Source: Candidatus Latescibacterota bacterium (lineage in GTDB: Bacteria; Latescibacterota; UBA2968; UBA8231). From it: a DNA stretch of 64,000 nt. The notes under the pieces were generated by a model that saw only the letters and a program-made list of their open reading frames with translations, was not told the DNA's origin and did no database searches. The stretch spans positions 1,408,001 to 1,472,000 of the forward strand of contig CBDFJF010000002.1 in NCBI GenBank assembly GCA_965248265.1, written 5' to 3'. The first letter of the stretch is position 1, and each line of letters begins with the position of its first letter. This document shows positions 8,472 to 17,478 of this stretch, piece by piece. The position numbers and the translations under genes are program-made.

Positions 8472-9943
8472 GAGTCGGTATCCTCTCCCTGATTCACGAA
8501 TCCAACACCTTCGCGGTGACACCGACGACGATCGACATGTTTCGGCGGGACGAGCTGCTGATTGGTGATGACGTGTGCCGCGTCTATGAAGGCGGCCACA
8601 ATCAGGTCAGCGGTTTCCTGGAGCATCTGGAAGGGACCGGCATCGAGGCGGTGCCGATTTTTCACGCTTCGACGCCGCCGTCCGGGACGATCACGCGCGA
8701 CACTTGCGAAGAGCTGATTCGGTTGATGTTTACGGCTCTCGACCAAGCGGGCGAACTCGACGGCTACCTGGTGTCGCCGCACGGCGCCAACGCGGGAGAG
8801 GGTGACGACTATCGCGATCTGGACGGCTTTTGGTTGACTCGGTTGCGGGAGCGGGCGGGGGAGCGACCGATCATCTGTGTCATCGATCCGCACGCCAACC
8901 TGTCTTCGCGCATGGTCGAAGCATGTGATGCCACCATCGCCTATCGCTCCAATCCTCATTTGGATCAAAAGCAGCGTGGTGTGGAGGCGGCTATTCTCAT
9001 CGCGCGCACCCTGAAAGGCGATATTCGGCCGGTACAGCGGGCAGCTTTTCCGCCCTTCGGCATGAACATCGAGCGGCAGGGCACGACCGAGTGGCCATGC
9101 CTGCCGTTGTATCGGTTGGCAAACAGCCAGCTGGAGCAACCAGGTGTCTTGTCCAACAGCGTCGTGCTCGGCTTTCCTTACGGCGACGTCGAAGAGATGG
9201 GGTCAGCCGCGATCGTCGTGACGGACAACGAGCCCGAGTTGGCGCAACGGCTCGCCGACGAGATGGCCGCTTACATGGTAGAGCACCGCGACGAGTTCGT
9301 CGGCGAATACACCACGGTAGAGGAGGCCGTCGACCAGGCGGTGGCGCAAGCCGGTCCGGTATGTCTGCTGGACATGGGAGACAACGTCGGCGGGGGTTCA
9401 GCCGCCGACGGTACGCTGATCGCGCATGAAATTCACCGAAGGGGCAATACCAGCGCTCATGTCTGTCTGTACGATCCGGAGGTGCAGGACCAGGCGCGCC
9501 AGGCGGGAATCGGCGCGACGCTCGAGCTGTCGATGGGTGGCAAGACCGACGATCGACACGGCGAACCGTTGTGTGCGCTGGCAACAGTGAAGACTCTGCA
9601 CGACGGACAGTTCGAGGAGTCCGAAATTCGACACGGTGGCTACACCCATTTCGACATGGGTCCGACGGCCGTGGTGATGACGGAAAGCGGTCTCACCATC
9701 AGCTTGACGAGCCTGAGAACGGTGCCGGTAAGTTTGGGAATCGTCACGAGTGTGGGGCTCAATCCAACAGATTACCAGGTCTTGGTGGCCAAAGGAGTGC
9801 ATTCGCCGGTGGCAGCCTATCGGGAAGTGTGTACGGCTCTGATTCGGGTAAACACTCCGGGCGCCACGGCTGCCGATATGCGGAGGTTCGAGTACGAACA
9901 TCGCCGCCGGCCGCTGTACCCATTCGAGGAGATCGGTGACTGA
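8468..9943 (+). CDS. MlrC/M81 family metallopeptidase
   Basis: HESNTF, PHGA, DPHAN, YRSNPHLD, GFPYGDV, DMGDNVGGGS..DGT, RRPLYPF. Confidence 0.9.
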   Translation: MRVGILSLIHESNTFAVTPTTIDMFRRDELLIGDDVCRVYEGGHNQVSGFLEHLEGTGIEAVPIFHASTPPSGTITRDTCEELIRLMFTALDQAGELDGYLVSPHGANAGEGDDYRDLDGFWLTRLRERAGERPIICVIDPHANLSSRMVEACDATIAYRSNPHLDQKQRGVEAAILIARTLKGDIRPVQRAAFPPFGMNIERQGTTEWPCLPLYRLANSQLEQPGVLSNSVVLGFPYGDVEEMGSAAIVVTDNEPELAQRLADEMAAYMVEHRDEFVGEYTTVEEAVDQAVAQAGPVCLLDMGDNVGGGSAADGTLIAHEIHRRGNTSAHVCLYDPEVQDQARQAGIGATLELSMGGKTDDRHGEPLCALATVKTLHDGQFEESEIRHGGYTHFDMGPTAVVMTESGLTISLTSLRTVPVSLGIVTSVGLNPTDYQVLVAKGVHSPVAAYREVCTALIRVNTPGATAADMRRFEYEHRRRPLYPFEEIGD

Positions 9944-10102
9944 CCAGACCCGTAGCGCTCATCCGCCCGTGACCGAGCTTGCTTTCATGGCAGCCAGGAA
10001 GGCCACATAGAAGCGACCTGCGGACTTATCGCACTGCGCCGTGGCCGACACCTGAGTGGCGATCGTCGGTCACAATCTCTCAGCCCCCTGCAACCAAGCC
10101 GG

Positions 10103-10240
10103 CTACTCATAAGCCTCCATGATCTCGGATATCTTGTTATACAGCTTTTCAGGTCCAGTGGCCCTAGGTGCAGGTTAGTTTGCCAGCCAGTTCCTTGACC
10201 TCAGCAACGGTGTTTTTTGATACTCGGCGATCACCTGGCT
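10103..10240 (-). pseudogene. Possible degraded response-regulator receiver-domain C-terminus
   Basis: Frameshifted pieces read NTVAEVKEL...PLDL(E)KLYNKISEIMEAYE*, resembling the KP.D...L..KI end of CheY-like domains. Confidence 0.3.
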
Positions 10241-10671
10241 ATCTTACTGACCAGGCGACGGCATGCCCGATGCCGTTGCTTGCGTAGTGAGTTCAACCGG
10301 ATGAAATTTTCCCGGTGACGTGGCGGGGCACTGACGGGAACACCACCCCTAGACAACCTACGATGGTAAAATCTGAAGTGGAAGTGGGCGGGTACATGGA
10401 CGATCGCGATATTGACTTCCTCGGACCTGCAGGAATTCCTGCATCCTGCACGCAGCCCTGACTGCGGACGATGTCAGGGAGCCTCGCGTCGTCGTTTACT
10501 GCTAGTGGCCCTCGTGGGTACCTTCCGCCACCCGTACCAACCATCACCTGAATTGTTCGAACGGCTGACTCCGGAGCGCCGACAAATCGTATGGCCGCAG
10601 AATACACTCCAGCGCCTGCCCAACAAAACCCCCGATCTTCACGGAATGCAATCCGCGGGGACGGTTTGAGC

Positions 10672-12909
10672 ATGCGGTTGCTTGTCGCGGTTGTGCTGAC
10701 ACTGAGCACCCAGGTCTCCGCCGCAGACATAAGCGGGTTCACGAGGGACGCCAGCAATGGCGAGAGTCTGCCCTACACCAACGTTTATCTCAAGGGAGAG
10801 AAGCGAGGCGCCAGCAGCAACGAGAGCGGCTACTACGTCATCGTCGGTGTGCCACCAGGGAAGTACACGCTGGTGGCTTCGTTGGTCGGCTACCGGACAT
10901 ACACAGAGGAACTTGTGGTCGCTGACGACAGCATTGTCCGGGATATCTCGCTGATCGAGCAGGCGCTGTTATTCGAAGGCAAGGTGATCAAGACGGAGGC
11001 CGAGGAGACTGATTTCGACATCAGTCCTGGCCGAACTTCCCTGCAGCCGCGTGAGCTCAAGGCGGCGCCCGCCGCCATCGAAGCCGATCCTATCCGCACC
11101 ATCCAGACATTGCCGGGGGTGGCAGCGCTATCGGATTTCTCGGTGGGTCTGTACGTCCGTGGGGGGACGCCGGATCAGAATCTGGTTCTCCTGGATGGTA
11201 CCGACGTTTATAACGCCTCCCACCTGTTTGGCCTCTTCAGCACCTTTCCGGCGGATGCTGCCAAGAGCACGGAGCTGATGAGGGGAGCCTATCCCGCCCG
11301 CTATGGCGGCCGCCTGTCGTCGGTTCTCAACATCATCACCGACGAGGGCAACAAGGAGGAGTTCGAGGCTACTGGGGGCGCCAGCCTGATGGCGTCGAGG
11401 CTGACGTTGCAGGGACCGGTCGGCCGTGGTTCATGGCTGGTTTCCGGCCGGCGCACGCATCTTGATCCATTGATCGCCATCGCCCGCGACGCCCTGGATG
11501 CCAAGCGCTTCGGCTACAACTTCTACGACCTGCAGGGCAAGACGCACCAGGTGTTGTCCCACTCCGATCAGTGGACGCTGGCTGCCTACACGGGCCAGGA
11601 CAACCTGGTCTATCGCTTTGACGAGTTCGATTTCGACCTGGAATGGGGCAATCGTACCATCAGCTCAAAGTGGACGCATCTGTTCGACAGCAACCTGTTC
11701 GGGTCATTTCTAGTAACCGGTAGTCGCTTCAAGGGGGCCACTGTCTTTGACAGCGAAGACGTGACGCTGACGGAGATCAATCGCCTCACCGACATCTCAA
11801 TGAAGGCGGACATCAACTACGTCCCCGATGAGAACCACACGGTGGAGGCAGGGGCGCTGATCAAGCGCATGTCCATGGACTATCAGTTCGGTGAGTCCAA
11901 TCAGATCTGGTACGATCTCGATGTGGAGGGATATCACAATTCCGTGTACGTGCAGGACAACTGGTCGGTCGATCGACAGCTGGTGCTACAGCCCGGCCTG
12001 CGCTTCAACCAGTTCTCCAATGGTGGCTACACTGGATGGTCCCCGAGGTTGGCGACGCGCTACCAGGTTGGCACGGAGACCTATCTCAAGGCCGCCGTCG
12101 GCCGCTATCACCAGTATATCTTCAGATTGACCAGAGAGTTTCAGGGGATTGCATTGTTGTCGAACGTATGGGCGCTGGCTGATTCAACGGCCGAGCCCAG
12201 CGCTGCCATGCACTATGTTACTGGAGTCGAGACGCGGTGGAAAAAGTTGGACGTGGATGTAGAGGCCTACTACAAAGACTACGACAACCTCTACGAGATC
12301 AACTACGACGAACAGCAGTCGACGAAAATCGGGGATATTCTGCGCCGGGGGCCGGGGCGCGCCTACGGACTCGATCTGCTATTACGCAAGCGCTCCGGAC
12401 GGCACACGGGATGGCTGGCGTTTTCGACCGGTTTGAGCGAACGCACGATAGATGGGCTCAAACTGGATGAGTCGCTGCAGCCACAGCCATTCAACTCCAA
12501 GTTCGACCGGCGGGTGAGTCTCAACATCATTCACTCCATGCGCTTCCGCCAGCGTTGGAGCCTGAACTCCCGTGTCGCCTATGCCTGGGGACAACCCTAC
12601 ACCCAGGTGCTGGGGCGGGGTGAGATCACCCTGCCCTCGGGGATGCGCTGGTCCTTCCAGGAAAAGGGGGAGCTCAACGCGGTGCGTCTACCGTCCTATC
12701 AACGTATCGACCTGGCGCTACAACGTCGCTTCGAGTTCAAGAACTGGGACATGAATGTCAATCTGCAGATCATCAACGTGACCAATCACAAAAACATCTT
12801 CAACTACTTTTGGTCAGAGGGGAAACCGCACAGTCAGACGCCGGCCAAGCGGCGTAAAATCAGCATGCTGCCCATACTGCCGAGCTTCGGCATTGATTTC
12901 AGTTTCTGA
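10672..12909 (+). CDS. TonB-dependent outer-membrane receptor with N-terminal carboxypeptidase-regulatory-like domain
   Basis: Signal peptide, IQTLPGV, VRGG.PDQNLVLLDG, HLFG.FS, YGGRLSSV, RLPSYQRID, C-terminal F. Confidence 0.92.
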   Translation: MRLLVAVVLTLSTQVSAADISGFTRDASNGESLPYTNVYLKGEKRGASSNESGYYVIVGVPPGKYTLVASLVGYRTYTEELVVADDSIVRDISLIEQALLFEGKVIKTEAEETDFDISPGRTSLQPRELKAAPAAIEADPIRTIQTLPGVAALSDFSVGLYVRGGTPDQNLVLLDGTDVYNASHLFGLFSTFPADAAKSTELMRGAYPARYGGRLSSVLNIITDEGNKEEFEATGGASLMASRLTLQGPVGRGSWLVSGRRTHLDPLIAIARDALDAKRFGYNFYDLQGKTHQVLSHSDQWTLAAYTGQDNLVYRFDEFDFDLEWGNRTISSKWTHLFDSNLFGSFLVTGSRFKGATVFDSEDVTLTEINRLTDISMKADINYVPDENHTVEAGALIKRMSMDYQFGESNQIWYDLDVEGYHNSVYVQDNWSVDRQLVLQPGLRFNQFSNGGYTGWSPRLATRYQVGTETYLKAAVGRYHQYIFRLTREFQGIALLSNVWALADSTAEPSAAMHYVTGVETRWKKLDVDVEAYYKDYDNLYEINYDEQQSTKIGDILRRGPGRAYGLDLLLRKRSGRHTGWLAFSTGLSERTIDGLKLDESLQPQPFNSKFDRRVSLNIIHSMRFRQRWSLNSRVAYAWGQPYTQVLGRGEITLPSGMRWSFQEKGELNAVRLPSYQRIDLALQRRFEFKNWDMNVNLQIINVTNHKNIFNYFWSEGKPHSQTPAKRRKISMLPILPSFGIDFSF

Positions 12910-12913
12910 GGCC

Positions 12914-13993
12914 ATGAAAATGCGAGTGTCCGTCTACGTGCTTCTAGCAGGAGTCATCGCCCTTTCGGGTGGATGCAGCTCCCCAGTCGAGGTCGATAAT
13001 CCGGAGCAGATTCTGCTCATCCAGGCTTTTCTGACTCCCGGCGAAGATGTCGTCGTCGACGTGCAGACGACCCTTCCATCACGCACTTACTACGAGGGCT
13101 TCGAGAATCCGGTGAGCGGTGCCACCGTCGTCGTAAACACCGAAGCGACAGAGGTCGAGCTGGGAGAGGATCCTGATGCGGCCGGCCACTACACCGCCAC
13201 GGCACAGAGTCTACCCGTCGTGGAGGGTGAGACCTATCACCTGGAGGTGACCCACGAAGACCGCGTCGCCCGGGCGAGCACGACGGTGCCGGTGAAATCC
13301 CTGGTCACCGAGGTGGTTGGCGATACCATCACCTACTTCCAGCGTTACGGGGACCTCTTTGGCGAACTCAGTCATCCGGGAGAGTTTTACTGGACGAAGA
13401 GTCCGACAGCCGCCGGTTATGTCGTGATCGTAGAGGCCCTCGGGGTTTCTTCCTTACCGGTCACTGCCGATCCTCTGACTGGAGAGCTCGACCGACTTCT
13501 GGATTTGCGGGAGAGTCTGGAGGGTCAGGTGGATGCCGATTCTTTGGAAGTGCTGGAGCGGCAGATCACCGACCTGCGGGATTACTTCGACGAGAACATC
13601 ACTCTGGTCAACGACGCCGGTGACACCACGCGATTCCTGCGCGAACGCGAGCAACAGGATTGGATCGAGCAGGAGGAGGAGGACTGGACCGAGGGCAAGC
13701 TGTGGCGCGAGAAACGGTCGGACCTCCACAACGGCCGGGTCCTCGACTACTGGATGCCGGCCGACTCGACACGCAGTGACTTCTGGTGGCTGGGTGTGCG
13801 TTTCGACGGGGATTACCGAGTCACGCTGCAATCGGTCGACGAGAACTATTTCGACTACTACACGACCTTGTTCAATGGTAATACAGGCGCTGACGCTGAC
13901 TTCGGTCCCATCTTTCACGTTGACGGCGGCACCGGCGTCTTCGGTAGCTACACCAGCGACAGTTTTCGGGTGTTTTCGCGCCGCGGCGACTGA
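12914..13993 (+). CDS. DUF4249-like lipoprotein partner of the TonB receptor
   Basis: Lipobox LSGGC, PVSGATVVV, GETYHLEV, ASTTVP, C-terminal HV.GG.GVFGS; directly follows the receptor. Confidence 0.75.
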   Translation: MKMRVSVYVLLAGVIALSGGCSSPVEVDNPEQILLIQAFLTPGEDVVVDVQTTLPSRTYYEGFENPVSGATVVVNTEATEVELGEDPDAAGHYTATAQSLPVVEGETYHLEVTHEDRVARASTTVPVKSLVTEVVGDTITYFQRYGDLFGELSHPGEFYWTKSPTAAGYVVIVEALGVSSLPVTADPLTGELDRLLDLRESLEGQVDADSLEVLERQITDLRDYFDENITLVNDAGDTTRFLREREQQDWIEQEEEDWTEGKLWREKRSDLHNGRVLDYWMPADSTRSDFWWLGVRFDGDYRVTLQSVDENYFDYYTTLFNGNTGADADFGPIFHVDGGTGVFGSYTSDSFRVFSRRGD

Positions 13994-14070
13994 GTGTTCG
14001 ACCAGCGTTCCGGCCTCGGGGCTTACCAGAGTACTGGCGGACATCGCCCCGAACGCGGGGCGTCCTCTCG

Positions 14071-15000
14071 ATGACTCCTCAAACCCGCTACAGCCTCTAC
14101 GCTGTGGCTTCCGCCCTGTTCGCAGCCATGGCCATTGTCATGACCGAGGTCGCGATGCGATTCTACGCTCTGTCACCCCTGTTGGTCGCCCTGTATTCGA
14201 GCGTCATCGGCGGTCTGCTGCTGATCACGCCGATGGCAAGGCACGGGATGAGTTTTTTCCGCTGCTGGCCCAGGGGCGACTGGGTGCGATTCACCGTCGG
14301 CTCATTGCTGGTGTTCGTCGTGGGTATGGTGCTGGTCTTTCTGGCGATCGATCTGATAGGCTCGAGCAAGAGCGCCATGATCAGTCGCTTGGAGTCGCTC
14401 TTCGTCGTCGCTCTGGCGGTGGTGATCCTGGGAGAGCAATGGACGCGCCGCCGATGGGTTGCCAGCGCCATCACGCTGGCCGGTACTCTCCTGGTCAATT
14501 TCGATTCCGAAGCGCTGGAACTGACGTTGGGTACCGGCGAATGGCTGAACGTGGGTGCGGCCTTCGCATTCGCCAGCGGTATCATCATCATAAAGCCCAT
14601 ACTGGACCGGCACGACATCCTGCTGCTTGCAGGCAGTGCCATGTTGCTGGGGGCCCTGGTCCTGGTGCCGATATGCGCCTATTTGGACGCCTGGTCCGGG
14701 AGCTTCGACAGCACGAGTGTCGAGACCCATGGCCCCGGTTGGCTGTCTCTGGCGCTGTTGATATTGATGAGTCTGCTGCGGGCGTTGTCGTGGTCGACCT
14801 ATTACATCGCCATGCGACACATCGGCGCCGCGCGCTGCTCGATCTTCTTTCTGACGAGCGTTGTCTTTATAGTGGTTCTGCAGATCAGCCTCGATGCCAT
14901 CGCCCCCGGCCTGGGTCTGCAGGTTCCACAGAATTTGGTGCCGGCTCTGGGCGGAGGTGCACTCATCGTGCTGGGGATTGTTCTGTTGCAGCGATCCTGA
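14071..15000 (+). CDS. DMT/EamA family transporter
   Basis: About 10 hydrophobic helices, two EamA repeats (LAVVILGE; MRHIGAAR). Confidence 0.85.
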   Translation: MTPQTRYSLYAVASALFAAMAIVMTEVAMRFYALSPLLVALYSSVIGGLLLITPMARHGMSFFRCWPRGDWVRFTVGSLLVFVVGMVLVFLAIDLIGSSKSAMISRLESLFVVALAVVILGEQWTRRRWVASAITLAGTLLVNFDSEALELTLGTGEWLNVGAAFAFASGIIIIKPILDRHDILLLAGSAMLLGALVLVPICAYLDAWSGSFDSTSVETHGPGWLSLALLILMSLLRALSWSTYYIAMRHIGAARCSIFFLTSVVFIVVLQISLDAIAPGLGLQVPQNLVPALGGGALIVLGIVLLQRS

Positions 15001-15032
15001 GGGCTTGTGGAGTGTAGCGCTCGACATCAATT

Positions 15033-15047
15033 TGACTATATTAGTCA
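15033..15047. promoter_or_regulatory. Palindromic operator upstream of vapBC-1
   Basis: TGACTA-TAT-TAGTCA perfect inverted repeat overlapping TTGACT, ~50 bp before the antitoxin start. Confidence 0.65.
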
Positions 15048-15095
15048 TATTGAAATGACCTGATGTCCTGTTGGCGTCAACTGAGGGGGATTGAG

Positions 15096-15389
15096 ATGGA
15101 GCATGCAGGAATCGCCGAGTTGAAAGCACGACTCAGCGGTTATCTCAAAAAGGTCCGCGCTGGAGAGGAAGTGCTGATCACCGACCGCGGCCAACCGGTG
15201 GCCAAGTTGGCTCCAGTGGCGAGTCATAGCCCCGATGTGCCTGGTCACTTAAAGGAGATGGAACGCCAGGGACTGGTGAAGATCGGGACAGGCAGGATCC
15301 CTGACGAGTTGCCCAAGCGACCACGCATTTCCGGGAGCTATTCAGCCGTTCAGGCGGTGACCGATGAACGCGGCGAAGATTTCAGGTGA
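15096..15389 (+). CDS. vapB: Phd/YefM family antitoxin
   Basis: GIAELKARLSGYLKKVRAGEEVLITDRGQPVAKL. Confidence 0.9.
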   Translation: MEHAGIAELKARLSGYLKKVRAGEEVLITDRGQPVAKLAPVASHSPDVPGHLKEMERQGLVKIGTGRIPDELPKRPRISGSYSAVQAVTDERGEDFR

Positions 15390-15823
15390 GATTCTGGGAC
15401 AGCTCCGCCTTTGTGTGTGTTTGTGTGGAGCAATCGGGTGTCGTTGATCTACAGCCGCTGTTGGAAGCCGATAGTGAGATCGCCGTCTGGTGGGGAACGC
15501 AGGTTGAGTGCTGCTCGGCATTCGCCAGGCTGCGCCGCATGGGAGCACTTACCGTCGACGGAGAGCGTCAAGCTCGCGATCGAGTCGCCAGCTTTTTGGA
15601 TTCGTGGACGGATGTGCTGCCGAGCAATTCCCTGCGTCGTCGGGCGGTTCGACTCATCGCCACACACGATCTGCGAGCAGCTGACTCGCTGCAACTTGCG
15701 GCCGCTCTGACATGGGCAGGTCAGGATCCGGATGGAAGCGAGTTCGTCTGCCTGGATCAACGATTGACACAGGCGGCCCAAGCTGAGGGGTTTACTGTTT
15801 TGCCGGCAGATACCGAGTCATGA
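15386..15823 (+). CDS. vapC: PIN-domain toxin
   Basis: FWDSSA, VECCSA, LRAADSLQLAAA, FVCLD..L..AA..EG; 4-bp overlap with antitoxin. Confidence 0.9.
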   Translation: MRFWDSSAFVCVCVEQSGVVDLQPLLEADSEIAVWWGTQVECCSAFARLRRMGALTVDGERQARDRVASFLDSWTDVLPSNSLRRRAVRLIATHDLRAADSLQLAAALTWAGQDPDGSEFVCLDQRLTQAAQAEGFTVLPADTES

Positions 15824-17430
15824 GTATCCCGAAGCTGACCGGACAACTGGAGTACTTCCACTCAGGCATCGATGGCGCCGAGGCGCCGTGTGCCGTGTGC
15901 GCGACCGATACCACGGACGAGCCCAAGCCGCTGATCGTCGAAGTCAGTCCGGGTGCCATGAAGAACCTTGCCGGCTGCGTCACGCAGGTTGAGGACATGG
16001 CGCGCGTGGCCAGCGAGCATGGTCTCTCCTGTGTCGCACTGAGAGCTACTGGTCGTGGCAGCGGCAGTGTCTATCAGGACTACGGCGAGGTCGACGTCTT
16101 CGAAGCGATTGAGCATGTGAAGGAGCACTATGCCATCGACGAGGACCGCATATCCGTAACGGGTGCTTCTATGGGGGGAGCTGCGACCTGGTACCTGATC
16201 TCGCATTATCCCGATGTGTTCGCGGCCGCGGCGCCCTACTGCGGTTACTGTGACTATCGCCTGTGGGAGAAACCCGGAGGGTCCACCTTTCACATGCACG
16301 AGTGGGAGGAGGCGTCGTGGCGCGCCCGCTCAGCTGTTTTTCTGGTCGAGAATCTCGCCTACACGAAGGTGTGGATGGTGCATGGCGAGTGGGACCGTGG
16401 GGTTGGCGGGGGCGTACCGGTGGAGCACTCGCGACAAATGGTCCGACTGTTCGAGGAGGCCGGATATGACTTTCGCTACACGGAAGTACCGGTGACCGGT
16501 CACAGCTGTCAGAAACCGGAGATCGTCGACGAGGTCATACCCTGGCTGCTGCAGCAACGGAAAGAGCGAGATCAAAAACGGGTGATACACTCTGCTTTCA
16601 CGTTGCGGCACAACCGTTCGAGTTGGGTGACGATCGAGCAATTTCAATCATACGACTGCAAAAGCACTGTCGACGCATGGGTGGATGACGGCAAGCTTGT
16701 GGTGACGACGGAGAACGTCACCAGCTTTTCGGTGGCGCCAACAGTCGCTGCACTGCTTTCTTCGGGGTCTGGTGGCGTCACGGTTGATGGGCAGGCGATT
16801 GTGGGCGGGCACATCAACAGAGGGGCCGGGTTTTTCACCCGAGGCGCCGATGGCAGTTGGCGACACGGCCGCTCGAGTGGCAAACGCCACGCCGGGTGCG
16901 GTCCGATCGGCGATCTCTTCCATGACGGGACCTTGCTGGTGCCGGGAACATCGGGGACGAGCTTTGAGACGCACGTGACACGGGAGATCGCCGCTGGCGC
17001 CGCAAAATTTTACCGCAGCCGCAACGGCGGAGTGCATCGAGGAGGCATTCCCGGAGACAACGAAGTCGAGTTGCGCGTCTGTGATGACGCCGATCTGACT
17101 GACGAAGAGCGCCGGAGACACAATCTGCTTCTCTATGGAACGCACTCGTCGAACCGGGTGCTGGAGGAGTACGGGAAAGCGATCCCGATCGTGTTCGAGG
17201 AGCATTGTATCAACATCTGTGGCAAGGAGTTCAAGGGTGAATCAGTCGGCGCCATCGCTATCTTTCCGCATCCAGAGCACGATCAGCGCTACGTTGCCGT
17301 GCACGGGGGAACGACGGAGGACGCCATTTGCTGGGGCAGTCACCTCGACATGGCGCTGCTTCCCGACTACCTCGTCTACGCCAAGGGCGAGGTGATCGAA
17401 TGGGGTTTCTGGAACAGCGAATGGAGGTAA
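15820..17430 (+). CDS. Alpha/beta hydrolase (prolyl oligopeptidase/esterase-like) with C-terminal extension
   Basis: GEVDVFEAI, IDEDRI.VTGASMGG (nucleophile), HGEWD, GH. Confidence 0.8.
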   Translation: MSIPKLTGQLEYFHSGIDGAEAPCAVCATDTTDEPKPLIVEVSPGAMKNLAGCVTQVEDMARVASEHGLSCVALRATGRGSGSVYQDYGEVDVFEAIEHVKEHYAIDEDRISVTGASMGGAATWYLISHYPDVFAAAAPYCGYCDYRLWEKPGGSTFHMHEWEEASWRARSAVFLVENLAYTKVWMVHGEWDRGVGGGVPVEHSRQMVRLFEEAGYDFRYTEVPVTGHSCQKPEIVDEVIPWLLQQRKERDQKRVIHSAFTLRHNRSSWVTIEQFQSYDCKSTVDAWVDDGKLVVTTENVTSFSVAPTVAALLSSGSGGVTVDGQAIVGGHINRGAGFFTRGADGSWRHGRSSGKRHAGCGPIGDLFHDGTLLVPGTSGTSFETHVTREIAAGAAKFYRSRNGGVHRGGIPGDNEVELRVCDDADLTDEERRRHNLLLYGTHSSNRVLEEYGKAIPIVFEEHCINICGKEFKGESVGAIAIFPHPEHDQRYVAVHGGTTEDAICWGSHLDMALLPDYLVYAKGEVIEWGFWNSEWR

Positions 17431-17478
17431 GAAAACAGAGATCGTTCCCGCACGGCCTGCAGCGAAGCGACGTGCCGT

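Noticed and set aside
9944-10671. Cobalamin or other riboswitch in the long region upstream of the TonB receptor
   Set aside because: I could not find B12-box or other recognisable aptamer motifs; part of the region looks like gene debris. An Rfam scan would settle it
13533-15017. 494-aa alternative-frame ORF
   Set aside because: Overlaps two well-supported genes; Arg/Ser-rich shadow ORF typical of high-GC DNA
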